The translations under genes and the position numbers were made by a program. Below are positions 63,357 through 64,000 of a DNA stretch of 64,000 nt, piece after piece. The stretch spans positions 8,897 through 72,896 of the forward strand of contig JARKNX010000177.1 in NCBI GenBank assembly GCA_029976025.1. Reading direction: 5' to 3'. How positions within the stretch are numbered: the first letter of the stretch is position 1; every line of letters begins with the position of its first letter. This DNA comes from Aggregatilineales bacterium (lineage in GTDB: Bacteria > Chloroflexota > Anaerolineae > Aggregatilineales > Ch27). A model generated the notes under the pieces. It ran no database searches. It saw only the letters and a list, made by a program, of their open reading frames with translations, and had not been told where the DNA came from.

Positions 63357-64000
63357 TTAAGAAATTCCTACCCCGGCGGGCGGCGACCACGCGCGGCGGT
63401 TCGCAGCCGCCCGTTCGCGCACATGAGCGATATGCTCCGCGGTGACAGGGCCGCGCTCAAAACTGCGGAAGTAACCGAGCCGGAAGCCGTGCCGCCTGGC
63501 AATCTCGCTGATCTCGCGCACCTGTGCCCGCGAGATTTGCTTGCCCAGGCTGTAATCCTCATACCGGCCTTCCAGCGCCAGAGCCATCGTCTCCGCCATG
63601 CAGGCGTACGCCATCCGCGGCGGGAAGCCGAAATCAAAGTGGAAGTCCACCGGGCCGGGCACTTCAACCATCCCGCCTTCAATAACCAGCACATCATCCC
63701 GCAGGGCAGCGACCTGTTTGGAGACATCGCGCGGGCGGGCGACATCGCAGACAACTGCCCCTGGCTTGAGGTGCCGGGCTTCGATCACGGCCGTTGTGGC
63801 GCTGGTCACGGTCAGGACCAGATCAGCGTCGTAGATGCTGTCCACCCCGGTGCTCGTATCCAGATCGGCCCGCCCGCCCTCCTCGCACAGCTCTCGCACA
63901 GCCGCCAGCGCTTCCTCCCGGCGCCCGATCAGAGTCAGGTGGGCCACTTCTTCAGCCAGCATCTGGGCGCACACACTGCCAATCGCGCCGGTCGCGCCAA
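63357..64000 (-). CDS. Rossmann-fold dehydrogenase of the COG5322 / acyl-ACP-reductase-like type (5'-partial, continues beyond window)
   Basis: The frame is open to nt 64000. The last in-window codons read GATGAIGSVCAQML (GxGxxG). The track 'M' at 63974 is an internal GTG (Val). The C-terminal part VVCDVARPRDV...VIEGGMVEVPG...MAETMALALEG resembles cyanobacterial AAR-like proteins (from memory). Confidence 0.6.
   Translation of the reverse strand, partial: GATGAIGSVCAQMLAEEVAHLTLIGRREEALAAVRELCEEGGRADLDTSTGVDSIYDADLVLTVTSATTAVIEARHLKPGAVVCDVARPRDVSKQVAALRDDVLVIEGGMVEVPGPVDFHFDFGFPPRMAYACMAETMALALEGRYEDYSLGKQISRAQVREISEIARRHGFRLGYFRSFERGPVTAEHIAHVRERAAANRRAWSPPAGVGIS

Overview
High-GC (by eye roughly 60-65% G+C), densely coding bacterial chromosomal window: about 50 supportable CDS and one tRNA-Lys(CUU). 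No rRNA, CRISPR array, transposase or integrase was seen. GGAGG-type ribosome-binding sites and near-consensus TTGACA/TATAAT promoters are visible. The gene content (giant multi-GAF histidine kinase, two GT39/ArnT-like membrane glycosyltransferases, RodZ-like protein, single-domain ArsA/Get3-like ATPase, PT/PA-rich linkers) suggests a Chloroflexota-like organism, but taxonomy cannot be fixed from sequence alone. Housekeeping genes recognised: rnz, rimO, rplI, fabI, xseA/xseB, murJ, mpg-type glycosylase, thiamine pyrophosphokinase, UbiB/ABC1 kinase and an M29 aminopeptidase. Most interesting items: (1) a stand-alone TIR / single-TM / coiled-coil / 14-blade beta-propeller protein with Toll-like-receptor-like logic (7499-10120). 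(2) An ABC-F + Eis-like GNAT + GNAT operon preceded by a consensus promoter, a 7-codon uORF and an intrinsic terminator, i.e. a ribosome-sensing attenuator architecture (1383-5640). (3) An 84-aa protein that is 57% Asp/Glu (5662-5916). (4) An array of four paralogous clan GH-A-like hydrolase genes with different N-terminal modules, one carrying a GH18-like domain with a mutated catalytic motif (12410-20085). (5) A 3108-aa sensor kinase with about 14 tandem GAF domains, flanked by a CheY and a receiver-GGDNF (degenerate GGDEF) regulator (52275-63035). (6) A membrane/zinc-ribbon TRAFAC GTPase at the left edge that may belong to a system lying upstream of the window. Many long antisense ORFs in the track are high-GC artefacts and were rejected.
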